Below are positions 22,370-32,230 of a stretch of DNA of 39,111 bases, one piece after another (positions within the stretch are counted from its first letter, which is position 1; each line of letters starts with the position of its first letter). The notes under the pieces were generated by a model. That model was not told the DNA's origin. It made no database searches and saw nothing but the letters and a program-made list of their open reading frames with translations. A program made the translations under genes and the position numbers. Source of the DNA: a virus; IMG/VR virus record IMGVR_UViG_3300045988_061229, positions 1-39,111 of that record, one strand, 5' to 3'.

Positions 22370-23509
22370 ATGGCTGCTGAAACCAATCTGATCAAGAAAA
22401 ATGACCTCGCCCGCGTGCGCGAGATCGAATTTACCGAAATGTTCGGTTACTCCATCAAGAAGCTGATGGAGGCCCTGGGCGTGACCCGCAAGATCGCCAA
22501 GCAGGCCGGTACTGTGCTTAAGAGCTACAAGGCGACCGGCACGCTCGAGAGCGGCGTTGTGGCCGAGGGTGACACCATCCCTCTTTCCCACTACAAGACC
22601 GAGGCCGTGAACTACAAGGAGATCACGCTCAAGAAGTGGCGCAAGGCTACCTCTGCTGAGGCGATCACCGACCGCGGCTACGATCAGGCGGTGGAAATGA
22701 CCACCGATGAAATGCTCAAGGACGTCCAGAAAGGCATCCGCAAGAGCTTCTTTGACTTCCTCTCGACCGGCACCGGCGCGGTGAGCGGTAAGAACTTCCA
22801 GACTGTTCTTGCGCAGGCGTGGGGCAATCTTCAGGTCCTTTTCGAGGACGACGAGATCGGCGCGGTCTACTTCATGAACCCGCTGGACGTTGCGGACTAC
22901 CTGTCCACGGCCAACATCACCGTGCAGACCGCTTTCGGCATGAGCTACGTCGAGAACTTCCTCGGCCTCGGCACGCTCATCATGAACGCCAGCGTCCCGA
23001 AGGGCAAGATTTACGCCACGGCAAAGGATAACATCGTTCTCTACTACATCCCCGTCAACGGCGCGGATCTGCAGGAGGTCTTCACCTTTACCACCGACGC
23101 GACCGGCTACATCGGCATCCATGAGGAGCCCGATTACACCAACATGACCGCATCGGACACCGTCATTAACGGCATGGAGCTGTTTGCCGAGCGCATTGAC
23201 GGCGTGGTCGTTGGCACCATCGACAACGGCACGCTCGGCTCTTTGACGGTCACCTCTGCCGCAGGCTCCAAGAGCGGCGATACCAAGCTGACCGTGTCTC
23301 CGGCAAAGGCCGCTGCGGGCAACAAGTATAAGTACACGTCCGGTTCTTCTGCCGCGACCGTTGCTTACGGCGACAACGTCGCCGGTTGGAACGATTGGGA
23401 CGGCAAGAGCGACCTGACTATTGCGACCGGCCAGACCGTGACCGTGGTCGAGTGCGACGGCAACTATCATGCGCTCAAGAGCGGCAACGCGAGCGTGACC
23501 GCAAAGTGA
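22370..23509 (+). CDS. major capsid protein with C-terminal Ig-like domain
   Basis: 379 aa at the position after the scaffold gene. The C-terminal ~90 aa are beta-rich (LTVTSAAGSKSGDTKLTVSPA...). Confidence 0.7.
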   Translation: MAAETNLIKKNDLARVREIEFTEMFGYSIKKLMEALGVTRKIAKQAGTVLKSYKATGTLESGVVAEGDTIPLSHYKTEAVNYKEITLKKWRKATSAEAITDRGYDQAVEMTTDEMLKDVQKGIRKSFFDFLSTGTGAVSGKNFQTVLAQAWGNLQVLFEDDEIGAVYFMNPLDVADYLSTANITVQTAFGMSYVENFLGLGTLIMNASVPKGKIYATAKDNIVLYYIPVNGADLQEVFTFTTDATGYIGIHEEPDYTNMTASDTVINGMELFAERIDGVVVGTIDNGTLGSLTVTSAAGSKSGDTKLTVSPAKAAAGNKYKYTSGSSAATVAYGDNVAGWNDWDGKSDLTIATGQTVTVVECDGNYHALKSGNASVTAK

Positions 23510-23525
23510 TAAGGAGGGCGGCGTA

Positions 23526-23957
23526 ATGCTTGAACAGGTCTTACGGCACTTGAACAACTGGTTCCTTGTGGAGATCCACGAGGGCACGTTCACCGTGGAG
23601 AATGGCGGCATTACGCTGCCCTTTCTCCTGACCCATCAATATTTCCGCATCTGCGGCTCTGTGTTTAACGACGGCCTGCATCAATATCCGGCGGTCGATT
23701 TAACGGACGAGACGTTTACCGGCTCTGTGTGGGCGCTTGCCGTGCCAAAGGCGGTTGTGGCGCTTTCCGAGGATATCGCCGCATGGGAAGAAAAGAACGG
23801 GGAGGCCGTTGCAAGCCCGTATCAAAGCGAGAGCTTCGGGGGCTACTCCTACACCAAACGCAGCGCAGGAAACGACAGCGGCACGTTAAACGGCTGGCAG
23901 GACGCTTTCAGAGGCCGGTTAAACGACTGGCGAAAGCTCAAGGGGGTGGAACCGTGA
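23526..23957 (+). CDS. head-tail connector/adaptor protein
   Basis: Assigned by position and size. AAGGAGGG RBS. Confidence 0.45.
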   Translation: MLEQVLRHLNNWFLVEIHEGTFTVENGGITLPFLLTHQYFRICGSVFNDGLHQYPAVDLTDETFTGSVWALAVPKAVVALSEDIAAWEEKNGEAVASPYQSESFGGYSYTKRSAGNDSGTLNGWQDAFRGRLNDWRKLKGVEP

Positions 23958-24313
23958 GTTTACTGGACGATTTCGCAAGCAAATGCGTGCTGATGGAAAA
24001 GACGCGAACGCCGGACGGCGCAGGCGGCTACATCGTCGCATGGGCCGAGGGCGCGGAATTTCTCAACTATCAGGCGCTCGACACCTCGATGGAAGCGCGC
24101 AGAGCGGAAAAGGAGGGCGTGACCTCGGTATATTCCGCACTGGTCAACAAAACAGTTCCCATCGAGTATAACGATTATTTCCGCGATACGTCCACCGGCA
24201 ACACCTACCGCGTGACCTCAAACCCGGAAGAACGGGCTGCGCCGCGGTCGGCAGGCCCGACGATCCGGGCGCTGAAGTTTTTTACCGCCGAACGAAAGGA
24301 GCTGCCGAAATGA
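23954..24313 (+). CDS. head closure / head-tail adaptor protein
   Basis: GTG at 23954 (GTGA overlap). TPDGAGGYIVAWAEG...YRVTS pattern. Confidence 0.5.
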   Translation: MSLLDDFASKCVLMEKTRTPDGAGGYIVAWAEGAEFLNYQALDTSMEARRAEKEGVTSVYSALVNKTVPIEYNDYFRDTSTGNTYRVTSNPEERAAPRSAGPTIRALKFFTAERKELPK

Positions 24314-24678
24314 CAAAGGATAAGGCGCTCCATGCGTGGTTTTCTCAATTCCTCCCGGCCTATCCGACCTCCAACGTGCCGGATGACGCGGTTTTTCCGT
24401 GGCTGACCTATGAGCTGATTACCGGATCGTGGGAGAGCGGTGAGATCGCGCTGACGGTCAACCTCTGGTATTACACCGAGAGCGAAGCGACACCCAATGC
24501 CAAGGCGCAGGAGATCGCCGATGCAATCGGCATGGGCGGCTGCATGGTCGCCTATGACGGCGGCGCAATGTGGATCAAGCGCGGCTCCCCGTGGTGCCAG
24601 AATATCGCGGACGAGAGCGATAAAAACATCAAGCGGCGGTATCTCAACATTACGGTTGAGTTCCTGTCGCAAAACTGA
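24310..24678 (+). CDS. tail terminator/completion-like protein
   Basis: Assigned by its position directly upstream of the major tail protein. Confidence 0.4.
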   Translation: MTKDKALHAWFSQFLPAYPTSNVPDDAVFPWLTYELITGSWESGEIALTVNLWYYTESEATPNAKAQEIADAIGMGGCMVAYDGGAMWIKRGSPWCQNIADESDKNIKRRYLNITVEFLSQN

Positions 24679-24693
24679 TGAAAGGACAACGAC

Positions 24694-25281
24694 ATGAAAT
24701 TTACCAAGATTCCTTCTGATGCGTTTCAGAAGCTGCAGATCAACGCCGGTATCCTGACGACCGATTTCACACCTGCGACCGGCACCATCGGCGAGGCGGG
24801 GCAGATCGGCGCGACGACCGGAGGCGTGACCTTTACCGCAACGCCGACCTATTCGGACTTTGGCGAGGATATCGACAACTGCCCGAAAAACATGAAGGAG
24901 CTGAAAAAGCTCGATTCGTGGGAGGCCAAGATGACCGGTACGTTTGTCAATGCCGATACCGCCATTGCAAAGCGGTTGTGCGGCGCGGCGGACATCGGGA
25001 CGACCGACACGACCAAGGTCACACCGCGCAACGACCTCAAGGACGCGGACTTTGACGATATCTGGCTTGTGGGCGATTACTCCGACAAGAACGGCGAAAC
25101 CAACGGCGGCTTTATCGCTATCAAGCTGCTCAACGCGCTTTCCACAGGCGGCTTCCAGCTCAAGACGGCGGACAAGGCCAAGGGTCAGTTTGCGTTCGAG
25201 TTTACCGGCCACTATTCCATGAGCGCACAGGACACCGTTCCCTTTGAAATCTACATCAAGGCCGGCACGGCGGAGGCGTAA
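24694..25281 (+). CDS. major tail protein
   Basis: 195 aa, positioned before the chaperone/TMP pair. Confidence 0.6.
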   Translation: MKFTKIPSDAFQKLQINAGILTTDFTPATGTIGEAGQIGATTGGVTFTATPTYSDFGEDIDNCPKNMKELKKLDSWEAKMTGTFVNADTAIAKRLCGAADIGTTDTTKVTPRNDLKDADFDDIWLVGDYSDKNGETNGGFIAIKLLNALSTGGFQLKTADKAKGQFAFEFTGHYSMSAQDTVPFEIYIKAGTAEA

Positions 25282-25677
25282 ATGAGACTTTCCGACATTC
25301 AGGGCGAGCGCGTCTTTGACGTCATCGCGGATATCATCGACCCCATCGCCAACATTGCGGAGGATGAACAGGCTTCCGCGCTGTTCAAGCGCGAGAAGCT
25401 GCCCGAGGGCATGACGGTGAAGCAGTTTGCGACGCAGAGGGCGCGAAAAGCGCTCCCTGCGCTGCTCAAGGGGCACAAGGGCGATATCATCGCAATTCTT
25501 GCCTCTATTGAGGGCGTGAGCGCGGAGAGCTACAAGGGCGCTCTAAACCTCGTCAAGCTGATGCGAGACGCAACGGAACTTTTGACCGATGAAGCATTCG
25601 ACGCGCTTTTTCTCTCAGCGCAGAGCGGGAAATCCTCTGGCTCTGCGCAGGAGAATACCGAGGGCAAAGAAGAATAA
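25282..25677 (+). CDS. tail assembly chaperone (gpG-like)
   Basis: Lies between the major tail protein and the tape measure gene. Acidic C-terminus. Confidence 0.55.
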   Translation: MRLSDIQGERVFDVIADIIDPIANIAEDEQASALFKREKLPEGMTVKQFATQRARKALPALLKGHKGDIIAILASIEGVSAESYKGALNLVKLMRDATELLTDEAFDALFLSAQSGKSSGSAQENTEGKEE

Positions 25678-25697
25678 AGCCGTTCCTGCGGTACTGT

Positions 25698-25925
25698 GTG
25701 GCGCGGCTCAATGAGAAAGCAAAAAACGACGCATACCGCATTTATGTGACTGACGCGCTGCGCGTGGTTGCGGAAAATACGGCCAGATTTGCGAGCGGGA
25801 ACTACATCAAGGCGCGATACGCGGACATTATTGAGCCGAAAAAACAGGACAACCGGACGTGCGAAGAAATCACCGCCGATATTGTCGCGCGGTGCGGATT
25901 GGTGGTGAAACATGAATCTACTTGA
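25698..25925 (+). CDS. gpT-like ORF (free-standing from the GTG at 25698, or a -1 frameshift extension of the chaperone)
   Basis: This reading frame is open from 25593 and lies in the -1 frame relative to 25282..25677. Confidence 0.4.
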   Translation: MARLNEKAKNDAYRIYVTDALRVVAENTARFASGNYIKARYADIIEPKKQDNRTCEEITADIVARCGLVVKHEST

Positions 25926-27681
25926 TTTATTCGTCAAAATCAGCGTAGACGATCAAGCAAGTTCCAATTTGGGCGGGATTGCGTCAAAAATTGGAAGCGG
26001 GCTGAAAACGGCGGCAAAAATCGGCACGGCGGCAGTTGCCGCCGCTGCCGGGGCCGTGTCCCTCTTAACAAAACAATCTTTGGACGGTTACGCGGAATAT
26101 GAACAGCTTGTCGGCGGCTTGGAAACGCTGTTTAAGCAGTCCGCCGATCAAGTGATAGAGTACGCAAATCGCGCCTACGAAACCGCCGGATTGTCTGCCA
26201 ACGAGTACATGGATACCGTTACATCTTTTTCGGCGTCCTTGCTGCAAGGTCTTGGCGGAGACACGGAAAAGGCGGCAGAGGTCGCCAATCAGGCCGTCAT
26301 TGACATGGCAGATAATGCCAACAAGATGGGCACAAGTATGGGAATGATCCAAAATGCCTATCAGGGTTTTGCCAAGCAGAACTATACCATGCTTGATAAC
26401 CTCAAGCTTGGCTATGGCGGCACGGCGTCCGAGATGGCGCGCCTTATTAACGATTCTGGGGTGTTGGGCGACACCGTTGAAGTTACAGCGGACACAGTCA
26501 ATAGCGTTTCTTTCGACAAGATGATTGAAGCAATCCATGTGATCCAAGATCAAATGGGAATCACCGGAACAACGGCGGAAGAGGCAGCCAGCACCATCGA
26601 AGGCAGCGTCAACATGATGAAATCCGCTTGGGCAAACCTTGTGACCGGAATTGCAGACGATAACGCGGACCTTGACAAGTTGATCGAAAACTTTACCTAT
26701 TCGGTCAGCAAGGCCGCAGAAAACATTATTCCGCGCATTGAAAAGATTTTCACGGGATTTGGCGATCTTATTGTAAAGCTTGCTCCGGTTATTTCTGAAC
26801 AACTGCCGTCGCTTGTAAGCTCTGTTTTGCCGTCGCTTGTAGATGCTGCCACAGCATTAGTGCAAGGCGTGGTAGACGCAGCGCCAGGCATCGTTTCGGC
26901 GCTTGCTGATATGGCGCCGCAAATCACCGGAGCGATTCTGTCAATTATACCCCAGCTATTAGATGTAGGCGTCCAAATGCTGATCGCATTAGTGCAAGGA
27001 ATTGCATCGGCTATGCCGGAAATTGCTCCGCAGTTAGCAAATTGCGTGGCACAGATTGCGGAAGTGTTGACACAACCAGACACGCTTGTTGCTCTTGTTG
27101 AAGCAAGTACGCTGTTTATCGTCGCGCTTGTTGAGGGGCTTGTTGATAATCTGCCCACGCTTTTGGCGGAAGCACCCAAGATTGTCAAAAATCTTGCGTC
27201 TGCATTTATCCAGTCTCTTAGCTATATCGGAGAAGCGGCAATCGAAATCGGCGTCGCTCTTGTCCAAGGCATTTGGGATGGCATTAAAAGGATGGGCGAC
27301 TGGCTTAAAAGCATGGTCGAGGGCTTTTTTGACGGTATTGTAGACGGCGTAAAATCAACGCTCGGCATCCACTCTCCGTCTCGCGTATTTGCGGGGATCG
27401 GCGCAAACATGGCGTTGGGTCTCGGAGAAGGATGGGACAGCGAGTTCGGTTCCATTAAGCGCGACATCTCGAAAAACCTTGACTTTGGAACCGCATCTAT
27501 TGATTTTGGAGCTTCCGGCGTTGCGGCTATTGGGAACTCTATCGCGTCCGGGATTGGCTCTATGGCAGCAGGAAAAGAAGGCCAAATCATCATCAACCTG
27601 ACGACCGAACTGGACGGCACCGTACTGGCTCGGAAAATGGTGCCTTACAATGAAGCAGAAGCGGTGAGGAGTGGAGCATGA
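25912..27681 (+). CDS. tape measure protein
   Basis: 589 aa, A/G/I-rich helical protein following the chaperone pair. Confidence 0.8.
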   Translation: MNLLDLFVKISVDDQASSNLGGIASKIGSGLKTAAKIGTAAVAAAAGAVSLLTKQSLDGYAEYEQLVGGLETLFKQSADQVIEYANRAYETAGLSANEYMDTVTSFSASLLQGLGGDTEKAAEVANQAVIDMADNANKMGTSMGMIQNAYQGFAKQNYTMLDNLKLGYGGTASEMARLINDSGVLGDTVEVTADTVNSVSFDKMIEAIHVIQDQMGITGTTAEEAASTIEGSVNMMKSAWANLVTGIADDNADLDKLIENFTYSVSKAAENIIPRIEKIFTGFGDLIVKLAPVISEQLPSLVSSVLPSLVDAATALVQGVVDAAPGIVSALADMAPQITGAILSIIPQLLDVGVQMLIALVQGIASAMPEIAPQLANCVAQIAEVLTQPDTLVALVEASTLFIVALVEGLVDNLPTLLAEAPKIVKNLASAFIQSLSYIGEAAIEIGVALVQGIWDGIKRMGDWLKSMVEGFFDGIVDGVKSTLGIHSPSRVFAGIGANMALGLGEGWDSEFGSIKRDISKNLDFGTASIDFGASGVAAIGNSIASGIGSMAAGKEGQIIINLTTELDGTVLARKMVPYNEAEAVRSGA

Positions 27682-28049
27682 GAAAAACGATCAAGATCAA
27701 TAACGTTGACTTCACTGCGTACTTTACTCCGGTTGGCTATAAGGTAACGCACAAAAAGATCAAAGGTCCGAACGAAGGCTATATGCTCGATGGGAGCTTT
27801 ACCGAAGACATTTTGGCAATTAAAGCAGTCATCACCTGCACCTGTATGCCGCTGACCGAAACGCAGCTAAATGCGTTGCTGGCCCAGCTTTATAGCGGGA
27901 CGCTCAACGTCTACTTTTTTGATCCTAAAACGGGAGATTACCGCACGGCTGCAATGACTTGCGAGCCGCCCGAAAGCGTAGATCGGGGGCAGGGGACAAA
28001 CGCGGCGGAATACTGGACGGGCACGGTGCTCGTGTTGACGGAGAAGTAA
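27678..28049 (+). CDS. tail component (at the distal tail protein position)
   Basis: Assigned by its position after the tape measure gene. At 123 aa it is short for a Dit. Confidence 0.35.
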   Translation: MRKTIKINNVDFTAYFTPVGYKVTHKKIKGPNEGYMLDGSFTEDILAIKAVITCTCMPLTETQLNALLAQLYSGTLNVYFFDPKTGDYRTAAMTCEPPESVDRGQGTNAAEYWTGTVLVLTEK

Positions 28050-28051
28050 GC

Positions 28052-30184
28052 ATGAAGATCACCTATAAAAGCTGGACATTTCTTTTTTCGCAAACCGAAA
28101 GTGCCAAGCCGACGCGCGAACAATCGTTAAGCTGCGAAAGCATTTCGGCGGATACGCTGACTGCGGTCGTCCGATGCAATGATCCGACCATTATGGCATT
28201 TGCCAAGAACGACCCGATCCGCGTTTGGGAAAATGATTCCGACGCATCCATGCAGACCTATTATCTCCGGTCAATTACACGCACCGGCGCAACCTCGTAT
28301 CGGCTCGTTGCGTGGTCTGCGGTCGGGCTTTTGGCGGCAATGGCGCACAAAGGCGGCATCTATACCGGGCAAACTGTGGCAGAAGTCGTTAAAGAAATCT
28401 GCGGAAATGTACCTGTTGTTGTAAAAAGCGTATTTGCCAATACCAAGTTATATGGATGGCTGCCGTATTGCCAGCCAAAAGCAGATAGGCGGGGGAAAAG
28501 CGCAAGAGACAACCTTGTGCAGGTGCTGTTTGCTATCGGAGCGTATTTGACGACCGATTTAAACGGCGTTTTGCACATTGATGCGCTATGGGATGGTGTC
28601 TCGTCCACGATTGGCAGCAACCGAATGTATGCCAGCGGTGGGAAAGTGAGCTATAGCGACCCCGTCTCCGCCGTTACCGTCACGGAGCATCAGTACATCG
28701 CGGGAACCGACGAAAAGGAACTGTTTTCCGGCACATCTCAGCAGGGCGATATCATCACTTTCTCCGAACCGATGCACTCACTCACAGCGACAGGCTTCAC
28801 CATTTTGGAGAGTGGAGCGAACTACGCCAAAATCTCCTCCGGCTCCGGCTCGCTCAAGGGAAAGACGTACATCCACAACACGCGCCTCGTGACGCAAACC
28901 GTCACAGAGAACGCGGCGGAAAACGTCAAGTCCGTCACGGACGCCACGCTCGTCTCCCTTGTCAATTCCTCCGCTGTCGCCAAAAGGCTGGCAGACTATT
29001 ATAAGTGCCGAGAGGCCATCACCAATGGCATTGTGAGCGGGCAGGAGAAGCCCGGACATGTGGTCAGCGTCTATCACCCCTACGATAAGCAAATGGTCTC
29101 TGCGTGCATCGTGAGCCTTGACACGACCATGAGCGGCACACTCAAGAGCGAAATGACGGCGCTTGTCGGTTTTCTGCCCCCGCAGCCGGAAACCACGGAA
29201 TACTACGACGAGCGCGTGCTGCTTACCGGCTCCGGCGAGTGGGAATCAGTAATAGACGGTGAAATTCGTGTTGTGGTTATTGGCGGCGGCGAAACGGGCG
29301 CAAGCGGAAGCGCGGGCAGCTCGGCAGGCATTTCTTCGCAGTCCAAAAGCGGGTCATCCGGCTCCTATTCCGGTTCGTCCGCCGGTCAAGGCGGCGAAGG
29401 CGGCGAGGGTGGCTCCGGCGGAAAAATTTTAATCGCATCGCTAAATGTAATAACCGGGCAAAAATTTCAATATGCGGCTGCACAGCCTGCCGGAAACAGC
29501 ACATTTGGGGAATTGTCAAGCGCGTCCGGTGAAACCTCAGTCGATGGCTATTATGATTTGGTGACGCAAACTTTTTTCGGTCGAAAAGGCGCGAACGGTA
29601 TAAAGGGCGGAAACGGAGGTTCCCCCGGAAATAACGGTCAAGCAGTCGGCGATTATCTCGGAGGCTACGGGATCAACAGCAAAACGGTAAGCCAAACCAA
29701 GTATGGGACATCGGGAACTGTAACGGCAAACGGATGGGGCGGCGGCGGTGCTGCACAAGGAGCAAACGGCGCGACTTCGGCAGGAGAAGTCTATATCAAC
29801 CTATACGGCGAGTTCGATTCGAATGATCCCTCTCAAAGCGTTGTTACGCTTAGCGGCAACTGTTCAGGCGGCGGCAAAGGCGCAAACGGAGCCAACGGAA
29901 ATGACGGCGAAAACTATGGCGACGGCGGAGACGGCGGTCACGGCGGCGGTGGTGCCGGTGCAGTCGGTACGCTCAGCATGTCGTTTTCGCCATCCGGCAA
30001 AAATCCGAAAACAGAAACGGGCGGAGCATGGGCGACCGGCGGCTCTGCGGGCGCAGGCGGCGCAGGCAAGCCGGGCTGCATCATTATCTACTACCGCAAG
30101 AAAAAAGAGCTTCAGTCCGGCCCGCTCGTGACCAGCAACAACCTTGGCCTGCTCGATTCCCTCGGGCGGAGAATGATCGTTTAA
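28052..30184 (+). CDS. tail tip/baseplate protein with Gly/Ser-rich C-terminal region
   Basis: Trimmed to the ATG at 28052 (711 aa). The C-terminal ~270 aa are rich in GG/GxG runs and end in GKPGCIIIYY. Confidence 0.5.
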   Translation: MKITYKSWTFLFSQTESAKPTREQSLSCESISADTLTAVVRCNDPTIMAFAKNDPIRVWENDSDASMQTYYLRSITRTGATSYRLVAWSAVGLLAAMAHKGGIYTGQTVAEVVKEICGNVPVVVKSVFANTKLYGWLPYCQPKADRRGKSARDNLVQVLFAIGAYLTTDLNGVLHIDALWDGVSSTIGSNRMYASGGKVSYSDPVSAVTVTEHQYIAGTDEKELFSGTSQQGDIITFSEPMHSLTATGFTILESGANYAKISSGSGSLKGKTYIHNTRLVTQTVTENAAENVKSVTDATLVSLVNSSAVAKRLADYYKCREAITNGIVSGQEKPGHVVSVYHPYDKQMVSACIVSLDTTMSGTLKSEMTALVGFLPPQPETTEYYDERVLLTGSGEWESVIDGEIRVVVIGGGETGASGSAGSSAGISSQSKSGSSGSYSGSSAGQGGEGGEGGSGGKILIASLNVITGQKFQYAAAQPAGNSTFGELSSASGETSVDGYYDLVTQTFFGRKGANGIKGGNGGSPGNNGQAVGDYLGGYGINSKTVSQTKYGTSGTVTANGWGGGGAAQGANGATSAGEVYINLYGEFDSNDPSQSVVTLSGNCSGGGKGANGANGNDGENYGDGGDGGHGGGGAGAVGTLSMSFSPSGKNPKTETGGAWATGGSAGAGGAGKPGCIIIYYRKKKELQSGPLVTSNNLGLLDSLGRRMIV

Positions 30185-30194
30185 GGAGGTTTTT

Positions 30195-30368
30195 ATGCCG
30201 AACGATTATTACACCATGCTCTACACCGGCGAGAAGACCGACGAGCTATTGCGGCGCGTGGACGAGGGCGAGATCATCATCCCCTCCTCGACGGCGGGCA
30301 GCACGAAAAAATTCAAGCTGACGGTGGACGACACCGGCGCCGTCAGCGCAACGGAGGTGACGACGTAA
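30195..30368 (+). CDS. small hypothetical tail-module protein (57 aa)
   Basis: AGGAGG RBS. TAATG coupling to the next ORF. Below the track cutoff. Confidence 0.45.
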   Translation: MPNDYYTMLYTGEKTDELLRRVDEGEIIIPSSTAGSTKKFKLTVDDTGAVSATEVTT

Positions 30369-30664
30369 TGGTACAGGGCGACGCTTACTCCATCGACGTG
30401 GAAATCACCAACGAGGGCCAGGCACTCAGCCCCTCCGCCGTCTCTCTGGTCGAGATTGCGCTGCTGAACCTCGTCAAGACCTATCCGGGCGATGTCACGT
30501 TTTCCGACGGCAAATTTCACTTTCCCCTCACGCAGACGGAGACCTTCGGGCTGCCGACCGTCTGCCCCATGCAGGTGCGCGTGAAGTTCCCGAGCGGCGA
30601 CGTGATCGGCTCGGAAATGCAGCGCCTTGACGTCAAGCGTGCGCTGAGTAGGAAGGTGATCTGA
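30368..30664 (+). CDS. hypothetical tail-module protein
   Basis: 98-aa track ORF. Confidence 0.55.
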   Translation: MVQGDAYSIDVEITNEGQALSPSAVSLVEIALLNLVKTYPGDVTFSDGKFHFPLTQTETFGLPTVCPMQVRVKFPSGDVIGSEMQRLDVKRALSRKVI

Positions 30665-30912
30665 TGGTCACGTTTGAGTTAACGCAGAAAACGGCGCTCT
30701 CGGTAGCGTTTGACGTCACCATCCGCGGGGGCAGCGGCGGCGAGCCGTATGACGGCCCATATACCGTGACGCCCAGCTTTGAGACGCAGGAGCTTGCCAC
30801 AAAGGACAAGATTCTGAAAGACAATGTGACCGTTGATCCCATTGCAGTCGCCCGTGTGGAAAACCCCTCGGGCGGAAAAACAATTTTTATCGGAGGTATT
30901 TTCAATGGCTGA
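30664..30912 (+). CDS. hypothetical tail-module protein
   Basis: 82-aa track ORF. Confidence 0.55.
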   Translation: MVTFELTQKTALSVAFDVTIRGGSGGEPYDGPYTVTPSFETQELATKDKILKDNVTVDPIAVARVENPSGGKTIFIGGIFNG

Positions 30913-31492
30913 AAAGTACAACAGCAAAATCGTACTCTCGAGCGGCGAAGTCCTCATGGACCTCACCCAGGACACCGTGGTCGCGGACAAGCTCCTCAAG
31001 GGCTTTACCGCGCACGGCAAGGACGGTGCGCCCATTACCGGCTCCTGCGAATTTGACGCGGACACCGGCGACGCCACCGCAGGCGCGGCGGAAATTCTGG
31101 CTGGCAAGACAGCCTATGTCACCGGCAGCAAGGTCATTGGCACCATGCCAAACAACGGGGCAAAGACGCTCAATATCACGGAAAAGGGCAAGCCGGTCAC
31201 CATCCCCCAGGGCTACCACGACGGAAGCGGCAAGGCTCAGATCGACGCAGCCGAAGAGGCGAAGCTGATCCCCACCAACATCCGCGAGGGCATCACCGTC
31301 CTCGGCGTGCTCGGCACGATGTCCGGCAGCGAGGGCATGAAGCCGCAGGCCAAGAGCGTCACGCCCACATTTGCCTCGCAGGAGGTTCTGCCCGACGAGG
31401 GGTACAACTGCCTCAGCTCCGTCACGGTGGCGGCGATCCCGATTGCCTACACCGACAACGCGCAGGGAGGCAAGACGGTCACCATCGGCTAA
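30905..31492 (+). CDS. putative tail fibre/receptor-binding protein, paralog 1
   Basis: Trimmed to the ATG at 30905. Its N-terminus aligns with the next gene. Confidence 0.5.
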   Translation: MAEKYNSKIVLSSGEVLMDLTQDTVVADKLLKGFTAHGKDGAPITGSCEFDADTGDATAGAAEILAGKTAYVTGSKVIGTMPNNGAKTLNITEKGKPVTIPQGYHDGSGKAQIDAAEEAKLIPTNIREGITVLGVLGTMSGSEGMKPQAKSVTPTFASQEVLPDEGYNCLSSVTVAAIPIAYTDNAQGGKTVTIG

Positions 31493-31503
31493 GGAGGTAC
31501 GGC

Positions 31504-31920
31504 ATGGCCAACAACAAAGTCCAGCTCAGCGACGGAACGGTCCTGCTCGACCTGACCGGGGACACCGTAACGCCGGAGACGCTTTTGTCCGGGGCCACCG
31601 CCCACAATGCCACGGGGGAGAAGATCACAGGCGTTATCAAAGCCGAGCTGCCCAAGTCCTGCCTCGTCACCCTCTCCGCCTCCGGCTGGGACGCATCCAA
31701 CCAGCAGACCGTCACCGTAAACGGCATCATTGCAGACGAGGCGACGGTGCGCGTGCTCCCTGCGCCCGCACCGTCCAGCGTCCTCGCGTATCGCGACGCC
31801 AACGTGTGGTGCATTGCACAGGCGGCGAATGCCGTGACCTTTGTCTGCGACACCGTGCCGAGTGCGGATCTCAAGGTGTATGTGACGTGGGAAATGGTGG
31901 AGGATGTAACATTGTCGTAG
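31504..31920 (+). CDS. putative tail fibre/receptor-binding protein, paralog 2
   Basis: KVQLSDGTVLLDLTGDTVTPETLLSGATAHNATGEKITG aligns with KIVLSSGEVLMDLTQDTVVADKLLKGFTAHGKDGAPITG in the preceding gene. Confidence 0.5.
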   Translation: MANNKVQLSDGTVLLDLTGDTVTPETLLSGATAHNATGEKITGVIKAELPKSCLVTLSASGWDASNQQTVTVNGIIADEATVRVLPAPAPSSVLAYRDANVWCIAQAANAVTFVCDTVPSADLKVYVTWEMVEDVTLS

Positions 31921-31930
31921 GAGGTGCGTC

Positions 31931-32230
31931 GTGATCTACAATCTGCCGAGAAAGAAAGCGAAGTTTGAGGAAACGTGGGTTATCAAACAATACCCAGACC
32001 TTGCGTTCGGCTCAATAACAATGGAGATTCCTTTCGAATCTAATTCTACGAATTTTCAAAAAATTGAAGTGCGCGGAAACTTTTTTCCTGGTTCCGGTAT
32101 ATATTATGACGCAATTAATGCTTGGAACACCGACGATTGGGTTAACGAGGCATATCGCACCATCACATTTTTTGAGCCGCCGACCGGTGACCTGCTCACA
32201 TGGTTACAGGCAAACGCTGTGAAACAGTAA
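31931..32230 (+). CDS. hypothetical protein (99 aa), A/T-rich
   Basis: AGGAGGTG RBS before a GTG start. Confidence 0.5.
   Translation: MIYNLPRKKAKFEETWVIKQYPDLAFGSITMEIPFESNSTNFQKIEVRGNFFPGSGIYYDAINAWNTDDWVNEAYRTITFFEPPTGDLLTWLQANAVKQ

Noticed and set aside
29280-30080. The Gly-rich tail region considered as a collagen-like repeat.
   Set aside because: There is no sustained G-X-Y periodicity.
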